Assembly (NCBI GenBank): GCA_052168235.1
Contig: JBQLZK010000030.1
Location: 15,986-79,985, forward strand
Reading direction: 5' to 3'
Origin: Thainema sp.
GTDB taxonomy: Bacteria > Cyanobacteriota > Cyanobacteriia > Phormidesmidales > Phormidesmidaceae
DNA length: 64,000 bases
How positions within the stretch are numbered: position 1 is the stretch's first letter; each line of letters starts with the position of its first letter. The position numbers and the translations under genes were made by a program. This document shows positions 6,733 to 16,003 of the stretch, piece after piece. The notes beneath the pieces are model-generated. The model had not been told where the DNA came from. It saw only the letters and a program-made list of their open reading frames with translations, and did no database searches.

Positions 6733-9366
6733 TTAATCTGATTGAGATTGACGATTACTGATTGGTCGAATTTTGCAAGCGTCTGGAATCCATGTTTTTG
6801 ATCCGTCCTCAAACTCTACTTGCCACATTGAAAGGCGCTTCCGGGGATCTGGATCGTCATTGGGCAGAGTGGTAAAAGTCGCAAGCTTCCAGCAGTCATC
6901 ATGTAACACTTCACCGCGATCGCCAACTTGGATATTGGCGTGATAGACCGATGAGACAGTTGGAGACGGTTGAGAGACAGTTTGAGAGACAATTGAATCC
7001 CTTGCTAGATAAGGCTTAGGGACAGTTGGAGACACTTGAAGCCATAACTCTTCTTGTATGGGCGTTTTGTCTGATTGATCTTGATCCTCTTCAATGTTTA
7101 TTGAAGTTTTAGAGTCTAACTGTCTACAACTGTCCCTATCGATTGCTGTGTCTGGGTTTGAACTGTCTCGAAAACTGTCCCTAGACTGTCCCTCAACTAT
7201 CCCTAAATGATCGGCAACGTCAAACTCTGACATTTTGGGAATGGTGTAGTAATAACAGCCGTTGAGTTTGCCTGATGAGCGTTCACAGCCGAGAGATTTG
7301 ATCGCAGCGCTGAACTTGACGTTGCTTTTTTTCTTCTCAATGCCGTTTTCCACGCACCATGCAATATACTGCTTGTACAAATCACCTGCTTTGATGCTGA
7401 CAGCTCCATTCGGAAATCCTTCGCATAAGAACCGAAATTCAGGATTATCGGCTTCAAAGCGTTCCATATTTGACTGTGCGATCGCTTGAATTTTGCCCGC
7501 ATTCATAATGCGCTGACGCATCACGCCATGACTCAGGCGATAACACCACATGAAAATACCAGGTAGCTCAGCTTCTAGCTTCTTGGATAAATCGTTGTCC
7601 ACTTTTTCAGGACGATGACGAAATGGAATTACCGTTAACCGTCGATCCAAGCCCTCAGAGCCATCTGGCACAGCGACATGCTCGTTATACGCTCGAATGA
7701 TCGTGATTCCCAATCGAACTGAGCACGTGTCCTTGTATAGCTTTTTGACAACAACGGGTTCATTGCTAACGACACGGTTGAAGTCACCCACATTGCTCAG
7801 ATAACCCATCGCATCGTAATCAATGGCAATGAGCTTATCGACCATCATGGCTAATCCCTGAGCAGATTTGAAGGAATCAACTTTTATGCCAGCAATATTC
7901 TCCTCACCAGCCAATTTGGAGAGTACGTCCAGGGTTGTCCCTTTACCTGTTCCCTTTTTGCCATGTAAATCAAACGACTTCTCAATTTCAGCCTTTTGAT
8001 TTTTAGGACGGGGCAACAGTGCATAACGAAACATCGCCTGAACGAGATTGACTCGTTCGATATCTTCCTCCATCGCTTCACGGATGAACGTGAGCCAAGT
8101 GGGACAGTCTGCCTCTCGATCAAAGGCATAGGGTCGAACTTGAACTAGCCGATCTAGTGGATTATGCTTGGCAACAAATACCTCAGTTTTGAGATTGAGT
8201 GTCCCATTCGTAAAGCCAATTTTCTCTGATGAACCCCAGCATTTTTCTTTAACCAACAGCCGAGATTTCAATTCGCTAGAAATCGATTTGATATGCCCAA
8301 TACTACGGTTGTCCCATTGCTGAGCATCCATAAATCGCATTAGTTCAGCATTAAATTCATCTTCAGCAACAAGCGACCAATGTGTTCCTTGCCATTGATA
8401 CCAACCTAAACCGGGACGATAGGCCCATACTTCTTTGAGTACCGACCAAGCCATCAATGCCTTGTATCGGATGCTGGGTTCTTTCAGATTGAGGACAACC
8501 GAAACTGCTTCATCATCTCCATCACCTTCAATTTCAGCCTTGAAAGAGGTTGGCTTGGCAGCCTCAGCAAGGGCTTTCAGTGCTTCTACACCATGCCTGA
8601 CGATGAAATCATCCAGCCCATTTTTGTCACCGTCAGTTTCATTTGGCAGCAAGACTAGATAGGGCGATGCCCCTAGCTTGGTCAGTTCGTAAGCACGTTT
8701 GGCCAATGCCGTCTGAACACCAATCTTTTCAATGATGTCGGAATCAAAGCATTGATTCACTCGTCTATTTCGCCAGTTGATAACATCCAATTCAGGCAGA
8801 ACGCGAGATTTTTCTAATTTCTCACCTGAGCTGCGATCGCAACTATCAACCCAGCTATCTACGCCACCAAAAGCAAGGACAGCTAAACCCCTAGCGCAAC
8901 CACAATCTCCTTTCTTTTCGCCTTCAGTTTCCCAAAGGTCGATCTTGGTTGATTTGATTGTAGTTTCCCAATTGGGATAAAGCTTGGAAAAGTAAGGACG
9001 ACAGCCTTGACCTTTTGGGCTGAGATATTTAGGCTTGTCAGTTGGATCATCCCAATCTGGTTTGATCCGATAAAAGGGCTGATCGTCTGATCTCAGATAT
9101 GGTTTACCTTCCGGATCACAGTATTGAAAAACTAGGCCACCTAGAGAAACACCTAGTAATGACTCGGCAGTTTCCGGATCAGCGTAGAAATGACCTGTTT
9201 GCTTGATTTGGTCATCTGTCAAACCGCTTGCTCGTAAATCTTTGAGATGAGCACTCCTTAATTTTTTAGGCGTTCTTTCAGTAGAATGGTTACAAGAAAT
9301 ATCAACGTCAATGTCAGGGCGATCGCAGTGATTCATATTGCGATCGTTCGCAGTATTTTCATCCAT
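6733..9366 (-). CDS. P4/D5-type primase-helicase (DUF3854-like TOPRIM + SF3 helicase)
   Basis: PKYLSPKG, TEGEKKG, CFDSD, KNGLDDF; FTNGTLNL, CPTWLTFI, Walker A GKKGTGKGT, GLDRRLTVIPF, winged-helix LYKQYIAWC; TGATG overlap with the upstream gene. Confidence 0.92.
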   Translation of the reverse strand: MDENTANDRNMNHCDRPDIDVDISCNHSTERTPKKLRSAHLKDLRASGLTDDQIKQTGHFYADPETAESLLGVSLGGLVFQYCDPEGKPYLRSDDQPFYRIKPDWDDPTDKPKYLSPKGQGCRPYFSKLYPNWETTIKSTKIDLWETEGEKKGDCGCARGLAVLAFGGVDSWVDSCDRSSGEKLEKSRVLPELDVINWRNRRVNQCFDSDIIEKIGVQTALAKRAYELTKLGASPYLVLLPNETDGDKNGLDDFIVRHGVEALKALAEAAKPTSFKAEIEGDGDDEAVSVVLNLKEPSIRYKALMAWSVLKEVWAYRPGLGWYQWQGTHWSLVAEDEFNAELMRFMDAQQWDNRSIGHIKSISSELKSRLLVKEKCWGSSEKIGFTNGTLNLKTEVFVAKHNPLDRLVQVRPYAFDREADCPTWLTFIREAMEEDIERVNLVQAMFRYALLPRPKNQKAEIEKSFDLHGKKGTGKGTTLDVLSKLAGEENIAGIKVDSFKSAQGLAMMVDKLIAIDYDAMGYLSNVGDFNRVVSNEPVVVKKLYKDTCSVRLGITIIRAYNEHVAVPDGSEGLDRRLTVIPFRHRPEKVDNDLSKKLEAELPGIFMWCYRLSHGVMRQRIMNAGKIQAIAQSNMERFEADNPEFRFLCEGFPNGAVSIKAGDLYKQYIAWCVENGIEKKKSNVKFSAAIKSLGCERSSGKLNGCYYYTIPKMSEFDVADHLGIVEGQSRDSFRDSSNPDTAIDRDSCRQLDSKTSINIEEDQDQSDKTPIQEELWLQVSPTVPKPYLARDSIVSQTVSQPSPTVSSVYHANIQVGDRGEVLHDDCWKLATFTTLPNDDPDPRKRLSMWQVEFEDGSKTWIPDACKIRPISNRQSQSD
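6953..7204. repeat. Inverted iteron-like array (putative element ori)
   Basis: Six G(A/G)GAC(A/G)NTT units facing right (4+2) and six reverse-complement units (2+4) around a central spacer. Confidence 0.7.
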
Positions 9367-9635
9367 CAACCAGCCCTCCGACCTCGTTTCTTCGGTTGGT
9401 TAGAGGGCAGAGATGCTAGATAATGATCAATTGCGCGTTGATGAGCATCTGGATTAGCTCGATTCGCAACCCAATCCAGAATGAGCGATAGATTGTATAA
9501 AATGCATCGAGAATTGATCCGTTGCCAGTGAATACCTTCATGCCATTTGCCTGAAAGACGGTATTTTTTGAATGTTTCAGGGGATAACCCTGTTAGTTCT
9601 GCTAGGCGATGTTTATTACAAAATTGGGTGTTCAT
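9366..9635 (-). CDS. Excisionase-like DNA-binding protein
   Basis: 89 aa; LAELTGLSPETFKKYRLSGKWHEGIHW...ILYN; position between integrase and primase. Confidence 0.75.
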   Translation of the reverse strand: MNTQFCNKHRLAELTGLSPETFKKYRLSGKWHEGIHWQRINSRCILYNLSLILDWVANRANPDAHQRAIDHYLASLPSNQPKKRGRRAG

Positions 9636-9784
9636 GGGGTAGTTTGAACGATTACCCCATCATCGAAATCCATGCCACCCTAACTTACAAGAATGTCCTA
9701 ATGCAAAGAAATATTAAGGGCTAGCTCAGGGACATGCTGTAACTACCAAACTGGTTTTCCCTAGATATGTTTAAGAAATAGATG

Positions 9785-10708
9785 CTAAATGTTCCAGTAC
9801 GATGAATCTTTGATGTATTTGCCTTTCTCCCAAATATGTGAAGGAGTCCTATATTTACCCCTCAAATCAGGTGAACACTCTCGCTGAATCTGCAACTTGG
9901 AAAGTTCATCTATTCCTTTCCTATAATTTTCTATATACCGCTTTATTGATGCGTTTTTCTCGCTTAGGAAGTCTGCAACAATTAATACGCGATTTAGCCA
10001 AGTCGCAAAAGGTCGATTTCCGTCAATGAGGCTATAAAGCCTATTTATATCAGCATCCGAAGCTTTTGAACGATGATCTCTTCTTTTGAGTATTGCCATT
10101 TCTTTAATGTGAGAAGCCGTGTATATATAGCGCCTTTGCAAACAAGCACAAAATTCATCCTCAATATCTTCTCTCATGATTTCCACAAAAAGAGAGCGTA
10201 TAGAATCGAAGGGAAATCCCCAGTTGTTTTCGAGGTTTTTTATAATATTTAACTCACCTACTTTGATGAGATTCCAAAGACTCTTAAATACTTTTGTTAC
10301 TGCTAGCTTATAGTCATACGAAAACTGATCGATGTTCCCCTTTTCTAGCTCGCTGTTTAACCAAGGCGAATCACTGTCTGCCCAGAAGCAGAGTGCTAGT
10401 TCTACCGCACTATCTCTGTAAGCAATCCAGTGCCAAACCTGATCAAAGCTTGTGAAATTGATGAAGAGATCTGTATTCGGTAAGTTAGAGATACGGTTGG
10501 CTATCCATTCCTCATCCGTCTCTGGAGAGAACGTTCTTCCGACAGGAATACAATCAGGTGAGAAGAACCACGATACACGTTTGCCGTCCTTCGCCAATTG
10601 ATGGCAAGCTACAGAACAATGTCTTCCCTCAAGAACTCGATCCGGCTCGCCAACAAGCGCTAATTCGGCAAACTGTAATTTGCCTGCAAAAAACTGATTG
10701 AGGCTCAT
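9785..10708 (-). CDS. Hypothetical protein
   Basis: 307 aa AT-rich ORF, co-oriented within the element backbone. Confidence 0.7.
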   Translation of the reverse strand: MSLNQFFAGKLQFAELALVGEPDRVLEGRHCSVACHQLAKDGKRVSWFFSPDCIPVGRTFSPETDEEWIANRISNLPNTDLFINFTSFDQVWHWIAYRDSAVELALCFWADSDSPWLNSELEKGNIDQFSYDYKLAVTKVFKSLWNLIKVGELNIIKNLENNWGFPFDSIRSLFVEIMREDIEDEFCACLQRRYIYTASHIKEMAILKRRDHRSKASDADINRLYSLIDGNRPFATWLNRVLIVADFLSEKNASIKRYIENYRKGIDELSKLQIQRECSPDLRGKYRTPSHIWEKGKYIKDSSYWNI

Positions 10709-10766
10709 AACTTAGGAAAGTAAGCATGTACTCTTCTAAGTTACCTAAACTTCCCTAAAAAGATGC

Positions 10767-11990
10767 CTAAATCTCCGTAGGTCTTAATTGCTCAAGTCTA
10801 AGCTTATCTAGATATTTTTCCTCGATTACCTTGCTTGAGTTGCCTACCCATCGAGCGATAGTAGTCGAGGAGTTACCAGGTCGTCCGTCAACAGGCATGG
10901 CTTGTAAGGTAATGAACGTATCACGACAGTTGTAGGGAGTCATTTTCACTCCGTCCTTCGTATCTAGCCCTAAACCCGTGAGAATCGTTTTCCACGCGCG
11001 ATCGCTAAAGTTAGACTCGCCGATCGCACCTCCTTTCGGAGAAGGAAATACCAAATCCTCTGGATTGGGAGACTCAGGTTTAATCGATTGTAGTAGTGCT
11101 TGCAATTTGGGAGTACACGCAAACCAGCGTCTTACACCTGTTTTCGTGGTTTTCCGTCTAACTAACCTACCTGATACCTCAACGATACTTTCGTGAAAGT
11201 GGACTCTACTGCAATCAGGAGTAACGCTTCCCCACCGTAAACCGATCGCTTCACAGGGTCTACAGCCAGTCCAAAAGAGGAATTTGACAAATGGTGAATA
11301 GAACCGATAATTCATCCCTGGTCTGACATCATTTTCAAACGCTTCGATGATCCGATCTCGCTCTTCAACCGAGAAGGACATTGGAGGAGCAGGTTTAGTG
11401 GGTTCCAGTTCCTTATACATTCCCTCGAACGGGTTCGCCTCAATCATCCCGTGCTTAACTGCCCAGTTGCAGCAAGCAGATAACTGCATCAAAGCCCGTC
11501 GAGCTTGAGACTGAGTTGTAACTTGTAATAGTTCCATACGGAATTTCAAAGCGTCTTGCAACCCATCTGTTGAACACTTCTCTAGATAGCTTGTTACTGG
11601 CTGATAAGTTCCATTAATCGTTTTTGGAGAAACATGCGGGCTTTTGTAATCAAAATACTCTGCCCATAACGCCTTAAGTTTTGGGATAGGTTTCGGTGCG
11701 ATGTCTGGGTCAGCTACCGACAAAGATGTTTCTGGTTTGTATTTAGCAAGGGTTGGGTCGAAGTAGTCTCCACCGTGAGCTAGTTGTAAACGCATATCGT
11801 CTTCAATCTGCCTAGCTCGTGCTTCTGCGGCTCTCCGATTTGCTTTGGTATCCGGTAAGCCTAATCCGAGAGAGTAGCGTTGCCCATTGAATCGAAAGCG
11901 CAACCGCAACCGCCCCCGAAAGGTTTCTATGCTTACAGTGCCCTTTGGATTCTTGCCTGATGGGGTTTTATCGCTATCACTGTTAAACAT
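10767..11990 (-). CDS. Tyrosine integrase with N-terminal arm-binding domain
   Basis: GRLRLRFRFNGQRYSLGLG arm domain; TGCRPCEAIGLRW, TKTG, PYNCRDT, WVGNS...EEKY; start at ATG MFNSD. Confidence 0.93.
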   Translation of the reverse strand: MFNSDSDKTPSGKNPKGTVSIETFRGRLRLRFRFNGQRYSLGLGLPDTKANRRAAEARARQIEDDMRLQLAHGGDYFDPTLAKYKPETSLSVADPDIAPKPIPKLKALWAEYFDYKSPHVSPKTINGTYQPVTSYLEKCSTDGLQDALKFRMELLQVTTQSQARRALMQLSACCNWAVKHGMIEANPFEGMYKELEPTKPAPPMSFSVEERDRIIEAFENDVRPGMNYRFYSPFVKFLFWTGCRPCEAIGLRWGSVTPDCSRVHFHESIVEVSGRLVRRKTTKTGVRRWFACTPKLQALLQSIKPESPNPEDLVFPSPKGGAIGESNFSDRAWKTILTGLGLDTKDGVKMTPYNCRDTFITLQAMPVDGRPGNSSTTIARWVGNSSKVIEEKYLDKLRLEQLRPTEI

Positions 11991-12015
11991 GGTTTTCACC
12001 TGGAACGCTTGTTCT

Positions 12016-12080
12016 TGATACCCAGATGATACCCAAGTGATACCCAAAACGGTCTAATCTACCCCAATCTTTACCCCATT
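12016..12080. promoter_or_regulatory. Putative integrase arm-type binding sites
   Basis: TGATACCCA x3 with 11-bp period, then two TACCCCA units, between integrase start and tRNA 3' end. Confidence 0.6.
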
Positions 12081-12125
12081 TTTAGAACAATCGTATTGTC
12101 AACATGTAATATCCCTTAATCAAGG

Positions 12126-12158
12126 AAACCCCAGAAGCCTCGTGGTTTCTGGGGTTTT
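12126..12158 (-). terminator. Hairpin downstream of tRNA-Thr
   Basis: AAACCCCAGAAGCC...GGTTTCTGGGGTTT. Confidence 0.7.
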
Positions 12159-12166
12159 GACTTGTA

Positions 12167-12238
12167 AGCCGATGGCGGGATTTGAACCCGCGACCGCTCG
12201 ATTACGAATCGAGTGCTCTACCACTGAGCCACATCGGC
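12167..12238 (-). tRNA. trnT: tRNA-Thr(CGT)
   Basis: GCCGATGTGGCTCAGTGGTAGAGCA CTCGA TT CGT AA TCGAG CGGTCGCGGGTTCAAATCCCGCCATCGGCT; full cloverleaf, CCA not encoded. Confidence 0.97.
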
Positions 12239-12556
12239 AAGATGACAACGATATAGCAGTTTAATGCAATACCGGAAGTATAGTATAGCAGGCTGAACCT
12301 GTGTTTAAGCAAGGGCGCGATCGCAATTTGGGGATACTTTCATCCTGAACCTGCGGCGCAAACCGCTATGTGATAAAGCTGTGCAGCGATTTGGGCTTTG
12401 ACTCAAGCCTTTTGCAGGCAATTTCTTGTTTCTGATCTGGAGGTAGATTTTGCCACGCATTGCAACGGCAAAATCTACCTTTGAGTTTTTAGAAAAAAGG
12501 GTGCGGAATAGAAAGTCCTTACAATGATGGTGAAAACCAACAGTAAGAGGTCATCA

Positions 12557-12850
12557 ATGGTCAAGCAAACTCCCAAACCCTATCATCAGCGCCCTGAAGC
12601 TGCTCGGAATATACCCCCCGATAAATATGCGCGCCTGCGAGCCGAAGCTCAAGCCCCTTACCGAGGATTGCGAAAATTTATCTACAGTGCGATCGCAGCA
12701 TCGGGTGCGATTGGTGCCTTCGTATTTCTCACCCAGCTTCTGGCTGGACGTGATGTCGGTTCGGCTGCCCCAAACTTGATGATCCAGATTGGCGTGGTTG
12801 CGCTGATGGTTTGGCTATTCCGCATTGATCGGCAAAAGGATAAAGAATAA
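12557..12850 (+). CDS. DUF3493-like small membrane protein
   Basis: RLRAEAQAPYRGLRKFIY plus two TM segments; GAGG upstream. Confidence 0.8.
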   Translation: MVKQTPKPYHQRPEAARNIPPDKYARLRAEAQAPYRGLRKFIYSAIAASGAIGAFVFLTQLLAGRDVGSAAPNLMIQIGVVALMVWLFRIDRQKDKE

Positions 12851-13250
12851 CCTTAAGTCCGTTTAGAGTTCAGCTAACGCTTGATATCGAAACCATAGCC
12901 TCAACCAGGCGCTGGGCGAATTTGGCACTTTTGACTTGTGCAATTCGTCTAGAGAACAAATGCTGTGGTATAAGTCCTGTTGATGCATTGCACTGACTGG
13001 GAATACTTAAAAAGTAGCGGATGGTTGCAAGCTGCGGATTTGACATTCCGTCAAAACACAAGTTAAATCTCCGATCAGCTGCCGCGATCGTAAAATTTTA
13101 CATATTTCTGACGATTAGCTCAGCGTTTTCGTCATTCATAGAATGTCTGAAACGTGATAAAGCTGATGTGTGGGAGCAATGGCACGTAAGAAACGAGATT
13201 AGGCCGCACCTCTAACGATCAAATAGCTGAATTTCTATCAGGGATATCAG

Positions 13251-14813
13251 ATGGATACATCAGGTTTAGTTGAACAGGTTGCGCAAGTCCTGCAACAACA
13301 TCCCGATCAGCTACGGATTAAGAAGCTGGCATTTGGCGTTTGTGAAAAACGCTGGGAAAACGATCCGGTCGTGCTGAATCGGCGAGATTTTATTAGCCTG
13401 ATTAACCGTTTGTTAGCAGCCTATCGCTGTATTGATGATCTGCGCCAAGCTGTCCTCAAAGTAGTAGCCCGGTTGAATCGCCAGACCCGCTACTTACCCT
13501 TGGCTTATTTTTTGTTGGATCAGGTTGAGCCGCTATATGTTCGTGCCGCAACTGCAGATGATGAAGCGGGAATTACTCAGTTTGGTGAATTTTCAGCAGA
13601 AGAACCGACGCATTTAGATGCGGCTCCAGTGCCAGCGGGAGCGCCTGCAGCAGGCCGTATGGGCGTGGATAATGAGGAAACGGCTTTTGCGTCGTCAGCT
13701 CCTGCTGGATCGGGGTCTTCTGAGCAAACGGTAGGTTGGGGGGGGGCCGCGATCGCAACTCATCCTGCGTCCCCAGCGGAACTCACTGTAAATGTGCAGC
13801 CGAGTCCAGCCACTGCATCAGCTCCGAGGCAGGCTGCTTTCAATGGCATGACGGAAGCCAGCCTTTCTCCCTATGCGGCTATTGCTCGCAATCTTGAACG
13901 CCATGCCGAAGCCCATCGCATTCACAAGCTGATCTACGGGGTATGTCACCAAACTTGGGAAAACGACATGCTGAGGCTCCAGTCCCATCCGCTCCTCGAT
14001 CTGCTGGAGCTTCTGCACCATAAGGCTCCTTCCCTGGCTCACCTTGCCGTGATGCTGAACCAAAAAGCCGCAACTCTGAATCGCAAACTGGTCTACATGC
14101 AAATTGCTCATGTGATTTGCGAACTCATGCGCCCCGTTTACAATGGCCAACCATCTGCTGCAGCGGTGTCACCTGGACAGGCTGCGATCGCAACGCCACC
14201 GTCTCCTGATTCCTCTCCGGCTACCGCTGCGATCTCAGCTGATATGACCTCTGATATGACTGCTCCGATATCGCCGATCACGGATTCTATCAGTCCGGCT
14301 GATAACGGCTGGGATGCCATCGTTGAAGGCGTTACCCAGGCTGAATGGGAACCCGCCATGAATTCTCTCAATCAGCATCCTGAGATGACAATACCCGAAA
14401 TTCACAGCGAGCTATTGGCTGAGGGATTGCAGGAGCAGCCTCTATTGGGCTATGCCACGGGTGTTGATGACGAACAGACGCAGCCCTTCAGAGATCGGTC
14501 AGATTTATTTGAGCTACGGCTGCAAATCATTCGCTATGCCAATCCTTTACGAGCCAAGCTGATTTTGTTTTCGAGCCTGCAGCATACGTTCGATTTTAGT
14601 AGCCAAGATTGGTTGCTGCTGAAGGATGTCACGCTAGAAGATTTGCTGCGGCAACTGTTTAGGACGTATCACAGCATGGACGAAGTGGATGTCAATCTGA
14701 CGCGGGCGGCCTATGCCTTGCCAAATATCTATCAGCAAGATGCAACCGTTACCAGTTTGATGCGTGCGATCGCGCCCTATTATCCCGCTGACTCATCGGT
14801 TAATGTTGCATAG
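13251..14813 (+). CDS. Hypothetical protein with internally repeated domain
   Basis: Two RIxKL..GVC...WEND...LNR...Y units, low-complexity linkers and a C-terminal LFELRLQI...NPLRAK domain. Confidence 0.85.
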   Translation: MDTSGLVEQVAQVLQQHPDQLRIKKLAFGVCEKRWENDPVVLNRRDFISLINRLLAAYRCIDDLRQAVLKVVARLNRQTRYLPLAYFLLDQVEPLYVRAATADDEAGITQFGEFSAEEPTHLDAAPVPAGAPAAGRMGVDNEETAFASSAPAGSGSSEQTVGWGGAAIATHPASPAELTVNVQPSPATASAPRQAAFNGMTEASLSPYAAIARNLERHAEAHRIHKLIYGVCHQTWENDMLRLQSHPLLDLLELLHHKAPSLAHLAVMLNQKAATLNRKLVYMQIAHVICELMRPVYNGQPSAAAVSPGQAAIATPPSPDSSPATAAISADMTSDMTAPISPITDSISPADNGWDAIVEGVTQAEWEPAMNSLNQHPEMTIPEIHSELLAEGLQEQPLLGYATGVDDEQTQPFRDRSDLFELRLQIIRYANPLRAKLILFSSLQHTFDFSSQDWLLLKDVTLEDLLRQLFRTYHSMDEVDVNLTRAAYALPNIYQQDATVTSLMRAIAPYYPADSSVNVA

Positions 14814-14870
14814 TCCCTTTCACAGAACACTGGCTCTCGATTTCGATTTACGTAGGACGGCTGCACCCGC

Positions 14871-15866
14871 ATGAACGCTGATGAACTGCTCGCTCACTAT
14901 GCTGGTGGCTACACCAATTACCAACAGTGGAGTTTGGCCAAAATCGATTTGGCCCATGCCGATTTGATCGGGGCTGATTTTTCTAAAGCCGACCTGGGCT
15001 ATGCTAACTTTTTGCTGGCGTTTCTCAATCGAGTCAACTTTTCTCAAGCTAATCTCAGTCATGCCTGCCTGAGTGGAGCTAACTTGAGTCAGGCCAATTT
15101 TATTCAGGCCAACCTGAGTGATGCAGATCTACATGGGGCTACCTTGGAAGGGGCAGATCTCCGCAGTGCTGACTTAACCCTGGCTGATTTACTCGATGCC
15201 AATCTGGTTAACGCCGATTTGCGCAATGCCGATTTGAATGGGGCCAATCTCACTGGAGCCTGCCTGCGAGGAGCCAATTTGCGGCAGGAAAACCGCAAGT
15301 ATTCTGCTCAACTGCGAGGGGCGCGGCTGCATCAGTCTGATTTACGAGGAGCTAACCTCACCGGAGCCGATCTGGCCCGAGTTGATCTGAGTGAAGCGAA
15401 CTTGGGTGAAGCCACCCTCCGAGGCGTTGATTTACGGGGTGCTAATTTGCAGGGCGCAACGTTGAAAGGAGCCTTTCTGACGGAGGCCAATCTTGAAGGA
15501 GCCAATTTAAGGGGCGCAAATCTATACAATGTCAAGCTGGAGCGAGCGAACTTAGCCACGGCAGATTTGCGGCAGGCCAATTTGACCCTCGCCATCATGC
15601 CAGGTACATGTCTGCATGAGGCCAATCTAGAGGAGGCAGTGCTGACGTCGGTGCGGCTCAGCAATGCTGATTTAAGCCGGGCAGTGCTGGTGCGAGCCAA
15701 TCTCACGGGGGCTGCTTTGGTGGAAGCCTATCTAGCCAAAGCCAATTTGACCGAAGCCAATTTAACGGATGCCACACTGCTGCGAGCCGAGGCCAGTAGC
15801 GCCAATTTAAGCGGCGTGACGTTCCGCAATACCACCATGCCAGATGGTCAGATTTTTGATCATTAA
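14871..15866 (+). CDS. Pentapeptide repeat protein
   Basis: MNADELLAHYAGG N-cap, A(D/N)LxX repeats, TMPDG C-cap. Confidence 0.95.
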   Translation: MNADELLAHYAGGYTNYQQWSLAKIDLAHADLIGADFSKADLGYANFLLAFLNRVNFSQANLSHACLSGANLSQANFIQANLSDADLHGATLEGADLRSADLTLADLLDANLVNADLRNADLNGANLTGACLRGANLRQENRKYSAQLRGARLHQSDLRGANLTGADLARVDLSEANLGEATLRGVDLRGANLQGATLKGAFLTEANLEGANLRGANLYNVKLERANLATADLRQANLTLAIMPGTCLHEANLEEAVLTSVRLSNADLSRAVLVRANLTGAALVEAYLAKANLTEANLTDATLLRAEASSANLSGVTFRNTTMPDGQIFDH

Positions 15867-15911
15867 TTTCGGAACGGTCGAAATTATAGTGATTCCAGTT
15901 AAGAGTGAGAA

Positions 15912-15952
15912 AACGAGAGAGAGTGCCTCATCCTGAGGCACTCTCTCTCGTT
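15912..15952. terminator. Hairpin between convergent genes
   Basis: 19-bp perfect arms AACGAGAGAGAGTGCCTCA / TGAGGCACTCTCTCTCGTT. Confidence 0.75.
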
Positions 15953-16003
15953 CTTACCTAGAACCGCTATAGCTGTTGAAATCAACTGTCGAATTTATTA
16001 GAT

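Larger units (their letters stand above)
1..12166. mobile_element. tRNA-Thr-integrated satellite-like integrative element (left end outside window)
   Basis: int-orf-xis-primase backbone next to the tRNA 3' end; accessory cargo; no duplicate of the tRNA 3' end seen in the window. Confidence 0.8.

Noticed and set aside
12441..12480. 14-bp-arm hairpin as element boundary
   Set aside because: Lies on the 5' side of the tRNA, outside the expected att; function unclear
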